A stretch of 64,000 bases of DNA from Eledone cirrhosa (lineage: Eukaryota). Under the pieces are notes generated by a model. The model was not told the DNA's origin. It saw only the letters and a program-made list of their open reading frames with translations, and made no database searches. Positions 11,829 through 26,542 of the stretch are shown here, piece after piece (position 1 is the first letter of the stretch; every line of letters begins with the position of its first letter). The position numbers and the translations under genes were made by a program. The stretch covers positions 226,982,001 through 227,046,000 of the forward strand of contig OZ024741.1 in the NCBI GenBank assembly GCA_964016885.1. Direction: 5' to 3'.

Positions 11829-14268
11829 AATATATTAATAAATGGAAACTATATTTATAAAACCATATTTATTTGATTATATATATTTCAAGGGCAACCA
11901 AGGCAAATTATGGTGCGCTTTCATCAGATAAAATACAGATTTGTTTTATAAATAAATATTGACATACCCGGAAAAAAGACAACCTTAACGGTTGGAGCTT
12001 CCTCGATAGTGGAGATAATATTTTATTGAGGGTAATACAAAGTTATGAGTGAGTATGCAAATGAGTGTCCGAAAAGTTGAAAAGATAACGGTTTATTTAA
12101 ATTAAACTGTTGGAAGAAGAGGATATGTAAGGGAGAGAGAAAAGAAAAAGGAAAGGAAGGAGAAAGAGAGAAGAGGAAAGAAAAAACGATTATACATAGT
12201 GATAGTGAAGATAAAAAAAACCCTTCAAAAAAATTTTCCTTCAAAAACATTTTTTCAAAAATTTTTTCAAAAATTTTTTTATGATAAGTCATAAATGTTA
12301 TAAAGTTAAAAAATGTTATCTTAAGAATATAATTAAAACATAAACCATATGTTATATTATAAGAAGTCATAAATTTATCTTAAGAATATAATTAAAACAT
12401 AATTGTTATAAAGTTTAAAAAATAATTGTTATAAAGTTAAAAAAATTGTTATAAAGTTAAAAAAATTTATCTTAAGAATAAAATTAAAACATAAACCATA
12501 GGTTATTCCACATATATATAAATATTTGGATATATATTAAAAATGTTTGAAGATATAAAATATTGGAAGATATGAAAATAATGGTTTTTCCGAATCTTTC
12601 AAAGGAACTTTCAAAGAATTTTCTAAAACCTTTAGAAAGTCTTTCAAGGAAAATTTTTCTTAAAAGAATTTCAAGTAGTCACATAAAAAGGTTATAATCA
12701 ATTGATAAGTGTAATAATATAAAGTATATTTATGAAGTAGAGATAATAGAAAGTAAATTAAATATATATGAATCATATATAGATATAATCTGAAGGATGA
12801 AGTTGTAGGTTGTTGGATATAGAAAACATTATGTAAAGGAGATTAACCATATATTACATTTTATATATATATCTAAAAGTTGAGTTTAAACGATGTTTAC
12901 AAGAACTAAATAAATTATTACGCAAATTAATAGAGTTCTTACTTTTTAGTATAAAGAATATTTCTTCAACGCAAAGGGAGCAATTTTTGGATAGAGCTGT
13001 GTATGAAGGAGCTTTGGAGATAATTTCCCAAGATAAAGAATATTTAATATTCATGGATTTTAAGGTCCATAATAAGTTGAATAGAGAAGTTGAATATTTT
13101 TTACCAATATTTTTTTTTAACCAATATTTTTTACCAAAATTCTTTTTGAAGAAAAATTTTTTTAAGGCTTTTTTTATGTATCCTTGGAGTCATTTGAGTT
13201 CTTAAAAAATCACTTCTAACTTCCTTTATACTTCCTTACTGTTTTTATAATATAATTAAGTAGTTATTCCTTTGTAAACTCTCATAAATATTCATAAATT
13301 TGGAATTATTTGGATGTTTAAGTTTTGACTTACAACTATTAATAAATATAATTTTGCCAAACTCACTTTAATCAAATAAACTATACTAGATTTTCTCTAA
13401 TGTAAAATACTATATATTTATTTAAATAATTTATAATCCATAACATACACATCTAAACGAATATATTATTACTAATACATCCTAATATAATATAAATACT
13501 TTTGTTTTAATTTTAATTTTTAATTTTTAATTTTTAATATTAATATTAAATTAAATTTTTAATATTCAGGTAAATTTAATCTTTAATTTTGATTTTTAAT
13601 ATTTAATTTTAATTTTTCAACTTATCATTATAAATATTTATAATCACAACGTAATGAACCATACATTCTAAATATTCTTCTTCCACGTTAATCTTATTTC
13701 TTCTTTCACTTCTTCTTTCACTTAGATATATTTACGCTCTATATTCTTCCATTAACATTTATTTCTTCGTTCACTCTGACTATCTTTACTATCACTATGT
13801 ATAATCGTTCTTTCTTTCTTCTCCTCTCTTTTTCCTTCCTTTTCTTTTTCTTTTCTCTCTCCCTTACATATCCTCTTCTTCCAACAGTTTAATTTAAATA
13901 AACCGTTATCTTTTCAACTTTTCGAACACTCATTTGCATACACATTCATAACTTTGTATTAGCCTCAATAAAATATTATCTCCACTATCCAGGAAGCTCC
14001 AACCGTTAAGGTTGTCTTTTTTCCGGGTATGTCAATATTTATTTATAAAACAAATCTGTATTTTATCTGTTGAAAGCGCACCATAATTTGCCTTGGTTGC
14101 GCTTGAAATATATATAATCAAATAAATATGGTTTTATAAATATATTTTCCATTTATTAATATATTGTGTATTTACTCCACTAACCTGTTGAGTGCTTTAT
14201 ATCAGTTATACACATTTTTAAGCTTGCTGAATCCCAACAAATTAAATATAACCTCTGCATATATATAT
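11829..14268 (-). mobile_element. 5'-truncated PLE family 2 with inverted pLTR
   Basis: GIY-YIG C-terminus on minus at 12854-13100 (LLWTLK..YSLSWEII..CSLCVEE..NLRNNLFSSCKH); 11829-12214 is inverted at 13781-14167. Confidence 0.85.
11870..11935 (-). ncRNA. Hammerhead ribozyme (family 2; copies at 14059-14124 + and 22188-22253 +)
   Basis: tattttat CTGATGA aag...ctt GAAA tatata TA atcaaata. Confidence 0.7.
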
Positions 14269-14269
14269 A

Positions 14270-14357
<88 letters not shown>

Positions 14358-14366
14358 TATATATAC

Positions 14367-14398
<32 letters not shown>

Positions 14399-14469
14399 AT
14401 TATGAAGAGAGAAGAAACATTTAGATATAATTAGTAATAAAATGTATCATACCTAAACTGCTCCTAGAT

Positions 14470-14559
14470 TCCTCGACTACGTAGTTTCGTGGCATAAACA
14501 AAAACAATACATCATAAAGATATAGAGTCTTTGCGAGGTCTGCCGACTTATCAAGAGGA
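14470..14559 (-). ncRNA. Hammerhead ribozyme with compensatory U3-A8 core
   Basis: tcctc TTGATAA gtcggca...tgccac GAAA ctacgtag TC gagga. Confidence 0.75.
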
Positions 14560-14726
14560 TACCTCATTTTACTAGCTTCAAGAACGCGTCTACACGACGT
14601 GAGAAAGAATCCCAAAAGGCGGAGGGGGGAGATAGTCACGCGATATAACGGTCGAGAAACAGAGCTAAGCCTTACACACACACACACACACACACACATA
14701 TTTGTTGTGAAAGAGTCATTTCTCAA

Positions 14727-14954
14727 TCTTGGCGCAAAACCAATTTTTTATCCACATGACCTCTACCGACCAATCAAAATTGTTTTGACCAAGAATTTTT
14801 GCTGGAGCCACTTTTTTAACATAAAAACAGTCTTGGCGCAAAATCAACTTTTTACATTCACATGACCTCTACCGACCAATCAAAATTGTTTTGACCACAA
14901 GAATTTTTGCAACACAAAAATAACGCTGGAGCCACTTTTTTAACATAAAAACAG
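14727..14954. repeat. Tandem duplication of a ~105-120 bp unit
   Basis: tcttggcgcaaa...ttaacataaaaacag occurs twice. Confidence 0.85.
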
Positions 14955-15209
14955 GTAGAATTCCCAAAACTAATCAGATCAGAGCAAACAGCACGGACAC
15001 TCTATCTCAAAATTATTTTTGAAAAGCATTTAGAAATGCGCAACCGGTAAAAACTTAAAAACTTAAAACCACAACTGAATACTAACCCATACAATCACTA
15101 ATACTCTTTTATTCCTAATTAAACTATTTTTCAACTGTGAACAATTTGTCAGCATTTTCTATTCCGTTTACCAATATATAATAACTTGTGTGTTACACCT
15201 CTATTCTTT

Positions 15210-15246
<37 letters not shown>

Positions 15247-15342
15247 AGGAGGTTATAGTTCACTTGAAGCATTGTGTAATGAGGTATAAACGTTTGTATA
15301 TGTATAATAAAGCCAAAACAATGCAGGTATGGCTTTTTTGGC

Positions 15343-17909
15343 TATAACCTCCTCCTTTCCTTACGCCCGAGCCAGGCCCAGTTCACAACTGTAAAGAAAC
15401 TCTTCCAGCTATCTGAAAAGCGCGCCAAAACCGGCTGCCAAATAAACTTCCTAAAACGATGCCTGAATAACAACATCATCCCAAAAACTATCAAAGATTT
15501 GCACCTACCAACATGCTTCAAATCACCAGGCCTCAAACGATCACTTAGTTACATACAAAAATTCTGCCTAAGAAAACGCATACAACACCTACACCGCACG
15601 CTACAACATCACATACGGACTATTTACAGCCTTGTACCACAACTCGCTGAAACCCCAGAACCTCTGTCCAGAGTCATCTCCGCCGCTATAGACAGGTCAT
15701 ACCACCATCGCCGAGACTACGAGAAAATACGTCTAACGCAAAAATTTCTCAAACTCAGGACGGCCAACTGTCTTAACAACATCCCAACTCTAAACACCAA
15801 CAGAGACGAACAAGACGGTACCAACACCGAACCTAGCGGCGCCCCGACCAACAACACACCTGACGCAAAACACCTCGTCACAGACTTGACAGGATCCCTC
15901 TCCCGAGAGGAATTATACCTCCTCGGCCTGGGTCCCAAGTTCATATTGAAACAGAGACTGGACGACAAATTATGGCTCGATATAGAAACGAATTTCTGTC
16001 GGGCTGCCTACCAACTAAAATGGATATCGACTCTCGGCAACAACACCACGGAATCTAACACACCCAGATTCCCGATATACCAAGTGGACTGCCCAGTGTG
16101 TCCACCGCCTGCCAACCGCGAGCTTGAAGAAAAACTCTCGAGGCTAAAACATTCCATATTTAACATCTTACGGAAACAGAAGAAGATAGCCCCAAACCTC
16201 TCCAGGATACAACAACTCGCCCTGAAGAACCTACGGAATAAGGAACTTATATACTTACCATCCGACAAAGGTAAAGAGTTTTGCCTCATTTCTCAAGCCA
16301 CATACAACAACCTAGCCTTTGAACACCTAAGCGACAATGAATTATACACAGAGATCCCGGACATGACTGCAGCCCAGATCGAAAAACAGACCAACTCCAT
16401 CTGGTTCGATATCTGTAGGAGAAGACAACTCCCAAATAAAGTTAAACTCAACTACACCACTAGAAATAGCAGACTGCCCACTTTCTACCACCTCATCAAG
16501 ACCCACAAGAATAGTACTAAGACGCAAATAAGACTCATCGTCTCTAGCATAGAAGGACCCCTATACACAATTTCCTGGCTCCGTTCCCAGGTCCTCAAGC
16601 CTCTACTCTCCACCTTTCCCGGGCATGTCAGTAGCTCCGACGAAGTTATATGTAGACTACACCAACTCCAGCCAGAACAACTTAAACTAAACAGATACGC
16701 CTTTAGCCTCGACGTTGTCTCCCTCTACACTACAGTCCCCGCTCATCCAGCTGTCGATTTGTTGACGGACTGCGTGGTCGCAGAGGACATCCACTGCTAC
16801 GGCTTCCACCTGACAGACATACACCAGCTTTTGTCCTTCACAGTAGACAACACGTACTTCACCTTCCACCACCACACATACAGACAGACAACAGGATTAC
16901 CCATGGGATCCAGCCTATCGGGCCTGCTGGCCATCACCTACATGAACCAGCTAGAATGCCGAGCCCTCAACACCTGCCATTCCCATACCTTCTTCACCCG
17001 ATATGTAGATGACATACTCATCCTTACATCATCCCGTGAGGAGGCAGATAAAATATACACAACATTCTCCAGCATGGACGCCAGTATAAAGTTCAGCATG
17101 GAACACCCCGATGACCGCGGATCCCTATCCCTACTAGACTTCCAACTCAGGGTAACAGAGGAAGACAACATCCACACCTGCTTCTATAAAAAAGCCGCCA
17201 GCAGGGACCTGTTCGTACATTTCAGATCGGCCCTCCCACTCGGTGCCAAGTTCGGATTCATAAGGAACGAACTGGCACGTATCCGGAACAAATGTACCGA
17301 CGCTAGAGACCGAGACACACACACCACACATTTCCTGGAAGTACTCAAACTGAACGGATACACGACATCCACCACAAACCGTGCCAGAAAGAACAGAGGA
17401 CACCACACCGGAGGCACTAACACTTGCTTCCTGAAGCTCCCACACTTCAGTGAAGAAACAACAACAGCCATCCGCAGAGCTATCAGACGAGAGGGACTAG
17501 ATATCCAACTGGCCCACTCAGGTCCTTCTCTACGCGTCAGCTAACCAAAAGACACTACACCAGACATGATAACTGCTGCAGACTAGCCAACTGCCCCATC
17601 AACGACACAGACCTATGCCACCAGGCTTACGTCGTATACAGACTAGAGTGTGACAAATGCAACAACTTCTACGTAGGTAGCACCACCAGACCACTCCACA
17701 TAAGAATAAAAGAACACCTCAATACTAACGCTTCCTCATTTAAGAAACACCTAGTTAAATGCAAAAACACCGACAAAACCATAACAGTTAGGATAGAAAC
17801 TAAGGAAAGAAACCTCGGCAATCTTAGAATTAAGTAAGCACTAATTATAGACAAAACACAACCACCAATCAATAATAGACTAGAACTCAACACCCAATTT
17901 ATAACTTGA
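15343..17909 (+). pseudogene. PLE RT + GIY-YIG polyprotein (frameshift ~17535, stop ~17835)
   Basis: LGPKF, PSDKGK, IKTHK, SLDVVSLYT, GLPMGSSLSG, RYVDD, LLDF, then VYRLECDKC..FYVGSTTRPLHIRIKEH. Confidence 0.92.
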
Positions 17910-18321
17910 TAGAGCTTCTAGCCCCATATTTACACACACCCCACACACACACACGCACACAGCACGCACACACACACACACACGCTTACACCTCCACTTA
18001 TTCTCTCTCACACATACACACACAAAACCAGTTCTAACACGAGACAACACCTATCCCCCACATTTACGTAGAGACATATCTTCTCACACTCACACACACA
18101 CACTCACATACTTACACCTTTATGCATTCTCTCACACACTTAAACAGGCATGTATAATAAAAAACAAAAAAAAACAATAACAAACCCCTTTTAAAGGGAG
18201 ACTACTCTTTATCCACCTAATCTAAACTCTTTGACAGTAGAGATAGAACAGATACTCTATACCATTTCCTGTCAGCATGACTTGGCAAGCTATTTAGAAC
18301 ACTGGTTTGACAACTTTACTT

Positions 18322-18357
18322 CCCTCTGAAGAAGAGATATTATCTCGAAAATTAAGG
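18322..18357 (+). ncRNA. Minimal hammerhead ribozyme (family 3 pLTR)
   Basis: cct CTGAAGA a gagat-att-atctc GAAA at TA agg. Confidence 0.7.
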
Positions 18358-18473
18358 ACATTTAAATAAATCTAAGGTAAAAGACTAATTGTCAACAATA
18401 TCTTTTGCATTTGCATTCTTTATTCCATGTCCATACCTGCATTGTTTTGGCTTTATTATACATATACAAACGT

Positions 18474-18539
<66 letters not shown>

Positions 18540-18546
<7 letters not shown>

Positions 18547-19714
18547 AGGTTCAATAAACCGTGGTTTTGATGACTCCTAACCAGTAGAGGATCCGGTGGA
18601 CCATCCACTATAGGGACCACAAACTATGGGTGGTTGTTGTCCATTGGTCATTGGTACGGGGTGTAGGGGACTTACAGGGGGGGGGGGGAGGCCGTAACCG
18701 GGGTTTATCCATATAGCTTGAGGAAAGTTCCCGTCCTTAAGTGTCTGCAGGCACCGAATAAGTCGGCCCTTCTGTTTAATAGCTTGGTTCCGCCATGAAG
18801 AATCTCGAGTGTCTCACTAAGACAGAGGTTGCAAATACCAGACCCGCCTCTGTCTGGGGGAACCTTTCTAACCACGGACCAGACCAGAGAGTGCGGGGTC
18901 TTTTCAAGTTTGAGCTTCCAGATCGATTCAGAAAGGGCCGTACATTTCCTCTTATCTATTCTGTTAAAGGAATGGCGATGGTTATACCACCGACCTTTGA
19001 AGCTCGTCGCTGTGGATCCTATGTAGTGGTGCTCCGAGTTAGGGGCTGTGACCTTGCACCTGTAGACTACGTTTTTCGTCATGCATTCATTACTAAGGGG
19101 GCATAGTGATGGGTCTCTGCAATTACATGACTTCTTAAGCCCCACCACATGTACCGCGTGGTTACCATCACTCGGGGTTGGCTGGGTAGCCTCCGCAATC
19201 AGAACAGGGTCGTTGGGTTCCGGTGTGCTAGTTGGGCCTGTCCGGGTTCCGGTACGTCCCGCGTGCTGGTTCTGTTGGGTGGCTCCGGGGTTTACGGTGG
19301 TATTAGAGGCAGTGAGCCTATTCCTATTTATGCCAGCTATGTGCTGGGCTACGGAGCGTGTGGTTGAGTAGGAAAGTTTCACCGAGTGCCTGTTGCATAT
19401 TTTATGGTACTTGTGGGCCCTAGGGTAACGTTTATCCAGCACTCTAAAGAATGTTCTAGCCATGCTGATACGTAGACCCACCGAGTACGGAGGGTTATAC
19501 CATGTGATCTTCCTGGTCCTATACTTGCGGGGTTGTTGGGTGTCCGCCATGTATTTTTTATCATTATTTTTATCAGTATTTTTTATCAATTATTTTTTAT
19601 CATATTTTTTAAGCCGTCGGGATCATACTTTTTCCTATTTCCCACTCTACTACCCTAATTATTGAGTTCTCTGGTGCGTTATGATCCATTTGGTTCCTTA
19701 CCACAATTCCTTTG

Positions 19715-19716
<2 letters not shown>
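18540..19716 (-). mobile_element. 5'-truncated PLE family 5 with an inverted pLTR end at ~19620-19716
   Basis: Open GIY-YIG region; (TA)n flanks. Confidence 0.85.
18705..19589 (-). CDS. PLE linker + GIY-YIG endonuclease (open frame; truncated element, not a host gene)
   Basis: WYNPPYS, CNCRDPSLCPLSNECM, VVYRC..YIGSTATSFKGRWYNH, CNLCLSE, LLNRR. Confidence 0.85.
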   Translation of the reverse strand: MIKNTDKNNDKKYMADTQQPRKYRTRKITWYNPPYSVGLRISMARTFFRVLDKRYPRAHKYHKICNRHSVKLSYSTTRSVAQHIAGINRNRLTASNTTVNPGATQQNQHAGRTGTRTGPTSTPEPNDPVLIAEATQPTPSDGNHAVHVVGLKKSCNCRDPSLCPLSNECMTKNVVYRCKVTAPNSEHHYIGSTATSFKGRWYNHRHSFNRIDKRKCTALSESIWKLKLEKTPHSLVWSVVRKVPPDRGGSGICNLCLSETLEILHGGTKLLNRRADLFGACRHLRTGTFLKLYG

Positions 19717-19812
<96 letters not shown>

Positions 19813-19813
<1 letters not shown>

Positions 19814-21160
19814 AGGGTGTTAAAGTTTGCTTGAAGCATTGTGAAATATGTAAAATATGTAGTTTAGAAAGCCACAACAATGCAGATGGGAAATCTCGAG
19901 GTAGGAAGTGAGTGAGAAATAGGAGAAAAGTGAAAATTGAGAGAAACGAAAAAACGAAAACAAAACAAAGGTAGAAGGGTTACCGTAGTGGAGATTTAAT
20001 CCCAATATTTCGGGCTCACGCCCATCAACGGGGGGAAAGGTTCCAAAAGGGGGGAACAGGCTAAGCCGGAGAAAGTTGTATTGTCGTTAAAACATAGGAA
20101 TGCCGTTATGGGGAAAAAATTCAAACGAAGGAAAGAATGCGCGTGCGCGAGATAGGCTGTGGCAAAAGCTACTGACCAATTGGGTTAAATCAATAGGGTG
20201 CGCTAGCGTGTGAAAGCCGTAAAATATGTGTAAATATATATGTGTGTGTAACTGTGTGTGTATATGTGTATGTGTGTATGTATGTGAGTGTGTGTGTGTG
20301 AAAGATAGTGGGCCGTAGAAGCTGGAATTCAAAGGGTGTGAAGGGTGGTAGGTTGTATAAACATGTGTGCGTGTATAAATATAGATGTGTGTGTGTGTGT
20401 GTATGTGTATGGGTATACATATAAGTGCGTGTGTGTAAAAGATAGTAGGCCGTAGGGGCTGTTACTGGTCACTATGGTTAGATTAGCCATGTCAGCTCAT
20501 TTCTCTCAGCCCGGTTGTTAAGTGGGAGTCTGAGGTTCTTAATAACAAGTGCTTCCTTTATCCTTAAGGATCCGATGCTGCGTTCAGTCGCTAGGACTGT
20601 GACCAAGGGTCTGCCCTGTGGGTTTCCGCATTTAAGGATGTGTTTACGGAAGGAAGATGCGTTGGTGTTGACATGTTCCTTGATACGAACATGTAGGGGT
20701 CGGATGGTGCTACCTATGTAAAACTTGTTACATTTATCGCATTGAATCTTATATACGACATAGGTGCGTAGGCAATCTGCCCCCCGTATCGGGCAGTTGC
20801 TGAGGGAACACGTCCCATCTGACTCGTCGGGTTTGGTGGAGAGGCATCTTCGGAGCGAAGGTCCTGTGTGGACCAGATGTATGTCAAGTCCCTCCCTCCG
20901 TATGGCCCTGCGGATGGCGTTCGTGGTATATTCACTCAGGTGAGGGATTTTAAAGAAGCACTTGTTTTTATCTAAGTTTCTAGTGGGTGTCTGTCTATTG
21001 GGTCTGGGGTCTCTAATTCCGTTAATCAGTCGCTTGGGATATCCATTAGACTTGAGTAGATTACGGAATTGCGTGGTATGGGCGAGACCACCCATCGGGT
21101 CGCTGCATCTATTAGTGATCCGTGTAAGTTCATTTAGGACATAGCCTCTCTTAGCGTTGT
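19813..21160 (-). mobile_element. 5'-truncated PLE family 4 copy (endonuclease + pLTR)
   Basis: Near-identical to 29305-30630; ORF 20478-21095. Confidence 0.92.
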
Positions 21161-21162
21161 AG

Positions 21163-21269
<107 letters not shown>

Positions 21270-21324
21270 TAGGTAGTACAGTGCAATACTGGTGTTGCTA
21301 CCAAATTTTTTGAAGGGTATTTTT

Positions 21325-22580
<1,256 letters not shown>

Positions 22581-22837
22581 TATATAAACGTAAATTCAGT
22601 GAGAATCGCATTTCGGCGTGTAGAAATGGCGAAACGAAACGCAAAAATCAGATATGATACTGGCAAGCGCTCAATAGTTAAAAAACCCAGAGCTAAACAA
22701 TATGTTAAGAGGCCATACGAAACTGAAATAGTGGTCAAGAAAGCATCAACCACCTAAGCCAAAAAGCAAATCAGCTAAACAGGTCAAAACAAAATAAATA
22801 ATAAAAAAAATACCTGATAAAAAATAAAAAATAAAAA

Positions 22838-22996
22838 TAATTGTTTCTACTTTTGGCACAAGGCCATCAATTACCCAGTACATTACTGCTACTTTATTTT
22901 ATCGACCCCGTAGGGATGAAAGGCAAAGTTAACCTCGGCGGGATTTGAACTCAGACCGTAAAGGCAGCACGTAACTATGCTGGAAGGCATGGCGTC

Positions 22997-23000
<4 letters not shown>
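22838..23000 (-). mobile_element. SINE
   Basis: Reverse complement of the SINE consensus. Confidence 0.8.
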
Positions 23001-23033
<33 letters not shown>

Positions 23034-23503
23034 CACATCACCGAAATCTTTCGCTAATATAGAGGTTATCTCCCTTGCTGAGTACTATGTGCGTTTTTGG
23101 CTATAGGTCCCCTCTTTATTGTCGGACGAAAACCCGTTGAGAAAGCTGTTCCGCGTCCACCCCTTCTCTAGAAGTCTTATATATTTTTTATGTGGGCTGA
23201 TAGTGATTGGATTAAGGAATTGCAGTAACCCAAGAAGCTAGATTTAACACCCTTCTAGCGGGTCCGGGTGAGTTTTTTACATTCATTTAATTTATTAATT
23301 TATTGATATTTTATTTGAGTGACCTGAATCTTCCTGGTCGTTCTTTTTCGGCTGCACGGGTGATTTTAGGCATGATCTCTATGTGTTGGTAATTTAACGA
23401 TGGTTATAGCTCTGATTTATCCAAATTATTGAGCCCTCTGCCACACATGTCGGATATTGTTTATCGTGATTTCGTGGGCTGATATTCCGATTCTCGATTA
23501 TTC

Positions 23504-23572
<69 letters not shown>

Positions 23573-23580
<8 letters not shown>

Positions 23581-26542
23581 GTAGTTTAGAAAGCCACAAC
23601 AATGCACATGGGAAATCTCGAGGTAAGAAGTGAGTGAGAAATAGGAGAAAAGTGAAAATGAAAATGAAAACAAAACAAAGGTAGAAGGGTTACCGTAGTG
23701 GAGATTTAATCCCAATATTTCGGGCTCACGCCCATCAACGGGTGAAAGTTTCAAAAGGGGGGGAACAGGCTAAGCCGGAGAAAGTTGCAGTGTCGTTAAA
23801 ACTTAGGAATGCCGTTATGGGGAAAAATTCAAACGAGGGAAAGAATGCGCGTGCGCGTGATAGGCTGTGGCAAAAGCTACTGACCAATTGGGTTAAATCA
23901 ATAGGGTGCGCTAGCGTGTGAGAGCCGTAAAATATGTGTGTGTAAATATATATGTGTGTGTAAGTGTGTGTGTATGTGTGTATGTATGTGAGTGTGTGTG
24001 TGTGACAGATAGTGGGCCGTAGAAGCTGGAAAACAAAGAGTGTGAAAGGTGGTAGGTTGTATAAACATGTGTGCGTGTATAAATATAGATGTGTGTGTGT
24101 ATGTGTATGGGTATACATATAAGTGCGTGTGTGTGAAAGATAGTAGGCCGTAGGGCTGTTACTGGTCATTATGGTTAAATTAGCCATGTCAGCTCATTTC
24201 TCTCAGCCCGGTTGTTAAGTGGTGGTCTGAGGTTCTTAATAACAAGTGCTTCCTTTATCCTTAAGGATCCGATGCTGCGTTCAGTCGCTAGGACTGTGAC
24301 CAAGGGTCTGCCCTGTGGGTTTCCGCATTTAAGGATGTGTTTACGGAAGGAAGATGCGTTGGTGTTGACATGTTCCTTGATACGAACATGTAGGGGTCGG
24401 ATGGTGCTACCTATGTAGAACTTGTTACATTTATCGCATTGAATCTTATATACGACATAGGTGCGTAGGCAATCTTCCCCCCCCCCCCCCCCGTATCGGG
24501 CAGTTGCTGAGGGAACACGTCCCATCTGACTCGTCGGGTTTGTTGGAGAGGCATCTTCGGAGCGAAGGTCCTGTGTGGGCCAAATGTATGTCAAGTCCCT
24601 CCCTCCGTATGGCCCTGCGGATGGCGTTCGTGGTATATTCACTCAGGTGGGGGATTTTAAAGAAGCACCTGCTTTTACCTAAGTTTCTAGTGGGTGTCTG
24701 TCTATTGGGTCTGGGGTCTCTAATTCCGTTAATCAGTCGCTTGGGATATCCATTAGACTTGAGTAGATTACGGAATTGCGTGGTATGGGTGAGACCACCC
24801 ATCGGGTCGCTGCATCTATTAGTGATCCGTGTAAGTTCATTTAGGACATAGCCTCTCTTAGCGTTGTTGGGGAGGGCTGAGTTGTAATGCACAAATAAGT
24901 CCTTGCACGCTGCCTTGCGGTAGAAGGTGGTGTTTATGTCTCCTTCTTCCGAGATGTTGATACGGAAGTCGAGGAGGGCGAGTGACCCGTCTTCTCCAGG
25001 GTGTTCGATGGTGAAATCGACGTGATGGTCAGTGTCATTGAAGATTTGGTGAATTTCATTCGCCATCTCCCGGGAAGAAGTGAGTATCAGTATGTCATCG
25101 ACGTATCTGGAGTAGAAGGCGACGGCGTTGGGTTGGCAGGTGTTGAGTGCCTTGCGTTCCAGGTGGTCCATGTACGAGATCGCAAGTATGCCGGACAGAC
25201 TAGAGCCCATAGGTAGCCCAGAGATCTGTTTGTACGTGTGGCCGAGGAAATTGAAGAATGCATTATCCACAACGAAGGAGAGGAGTTGGTGGATGTCCGT
25301 GTGTGTGAGTCCGAAGCTGTGTAAGTTAGATGCTCGGACTCGTTCGGTCAACAGGTCGACGGCTGGGGATGCTGGTACGGAGGTATAAAGGGCGACCACA
25401 TCAAGACTGAAGGCATATCCGTTGTCCTTTCTGGTGTTGGGCGCCAGATGGTGTAGTCGCTCCAAGACCTCCTTTGAGCTGCGGACGTGGGCTGGTAGTG
25501 TGTGTAGAATGGGTTTCAGTAGTGTGGAGAGAAGCCACGATATTTTGTAAAGTGGGCCCTCCACGCTAGAGAAAATGGGCCTGATTTTCAAATCGGGTCC
25601 TTGTTTATGGGTTTTCACCAGGTGGTAGAAGGTGGGTAGTTTGCTGTTTCGAGTCATTATGTTGTTTTTTACCTTCTTTGGCAGTTTTCGTTGGACACAG
25701 ATGTTAGTCCATATGGTGTTAATGCCTTCCTCGATTAGAGTCGAGGAGGTCCCTGTGACTTTCAAGTAGAGGCTGTCGTCATTAAGATGTTGGAGAGCTA
25801 AGTTGTTGTAGGTCTCTCTCGAGATGACACAGAATTCTTTCCCCTTGTCAGAGGGAAGGTAAACAAGGTTCCTGGATCTTAGGTTGGTGAGAGTATTAAA
25901 TTGTGCATTGGTGAGGTTGCGTTTATTGTGTGTGTGTGTGTGTGTGTTGGGAAAGGATGTTAGAGATAGAATGTTTCAACCTGAGTAGTTTAGTGTCAAG
26001 TTCGTGGTTGGGGGGTGGGGGTGGAGTGGGTTGTCGAGGTGGTACGTGGGGAGTGTGGGGTGGGTTGTGGGGTTGTAATCGATCTCGGTGTTGTTTTGGA
26101 TGGCGGTTAGCCATTTCAATTGATATGCTGTCCGACAGAAGTTGGTTTCGATGTCGAGTTTCAGTCTATCGTCGATACGCTGTGTAATGATGAACTTGGG
26201 TCCGAGGCGCAGGAGTTCGAGTTCGTCGTTGGTGAGGGTACCGGTGAGGTCGGTAACGAGGTGTGAAGCATCGTTGGTAGGTAGATCGCTGTTGGGGGGT
26301 GTAGCGGAGGGTGTTGTATCGCTGTTGCCCCTGGTGTGGTTGTAGTCGGTCCGTCTGTGGGAGCGGATGTTGTCATTGAGGTATTTGTTTACAGTCCATT
26401 CGTATTTCCGTATAAGGCGCTATTTTATCGTATTTGACTCTGGTGTGGTAACACTGATCGATAGCTTCGCGTATTTTCTGGACCTTGTGGTCAGGGGTGA
26501 GGGTTGGAGCTATACGATCTATGTGCTCGGAGAGCGTTTGTA
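23573..26542 (-). mobile_element. Inverted ~3 kb copy of PLE family 4 (RT ORF 24446-25765)
   Basis: Reverse complement of ~27638-30592; GLPMGSSLSG, RYVDD. Confidence 0.93.

Larger units (their letters stand above)
15245..18480 (+). mobile_element. Near full-length PLE family 3 (Penelope/Poseidon-like) with a short inverted pLTR piece
   Basis: 15280-15327 is the reverse complement of 18431-18478; (TA)n on both flanks. Confidence 0.92.
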
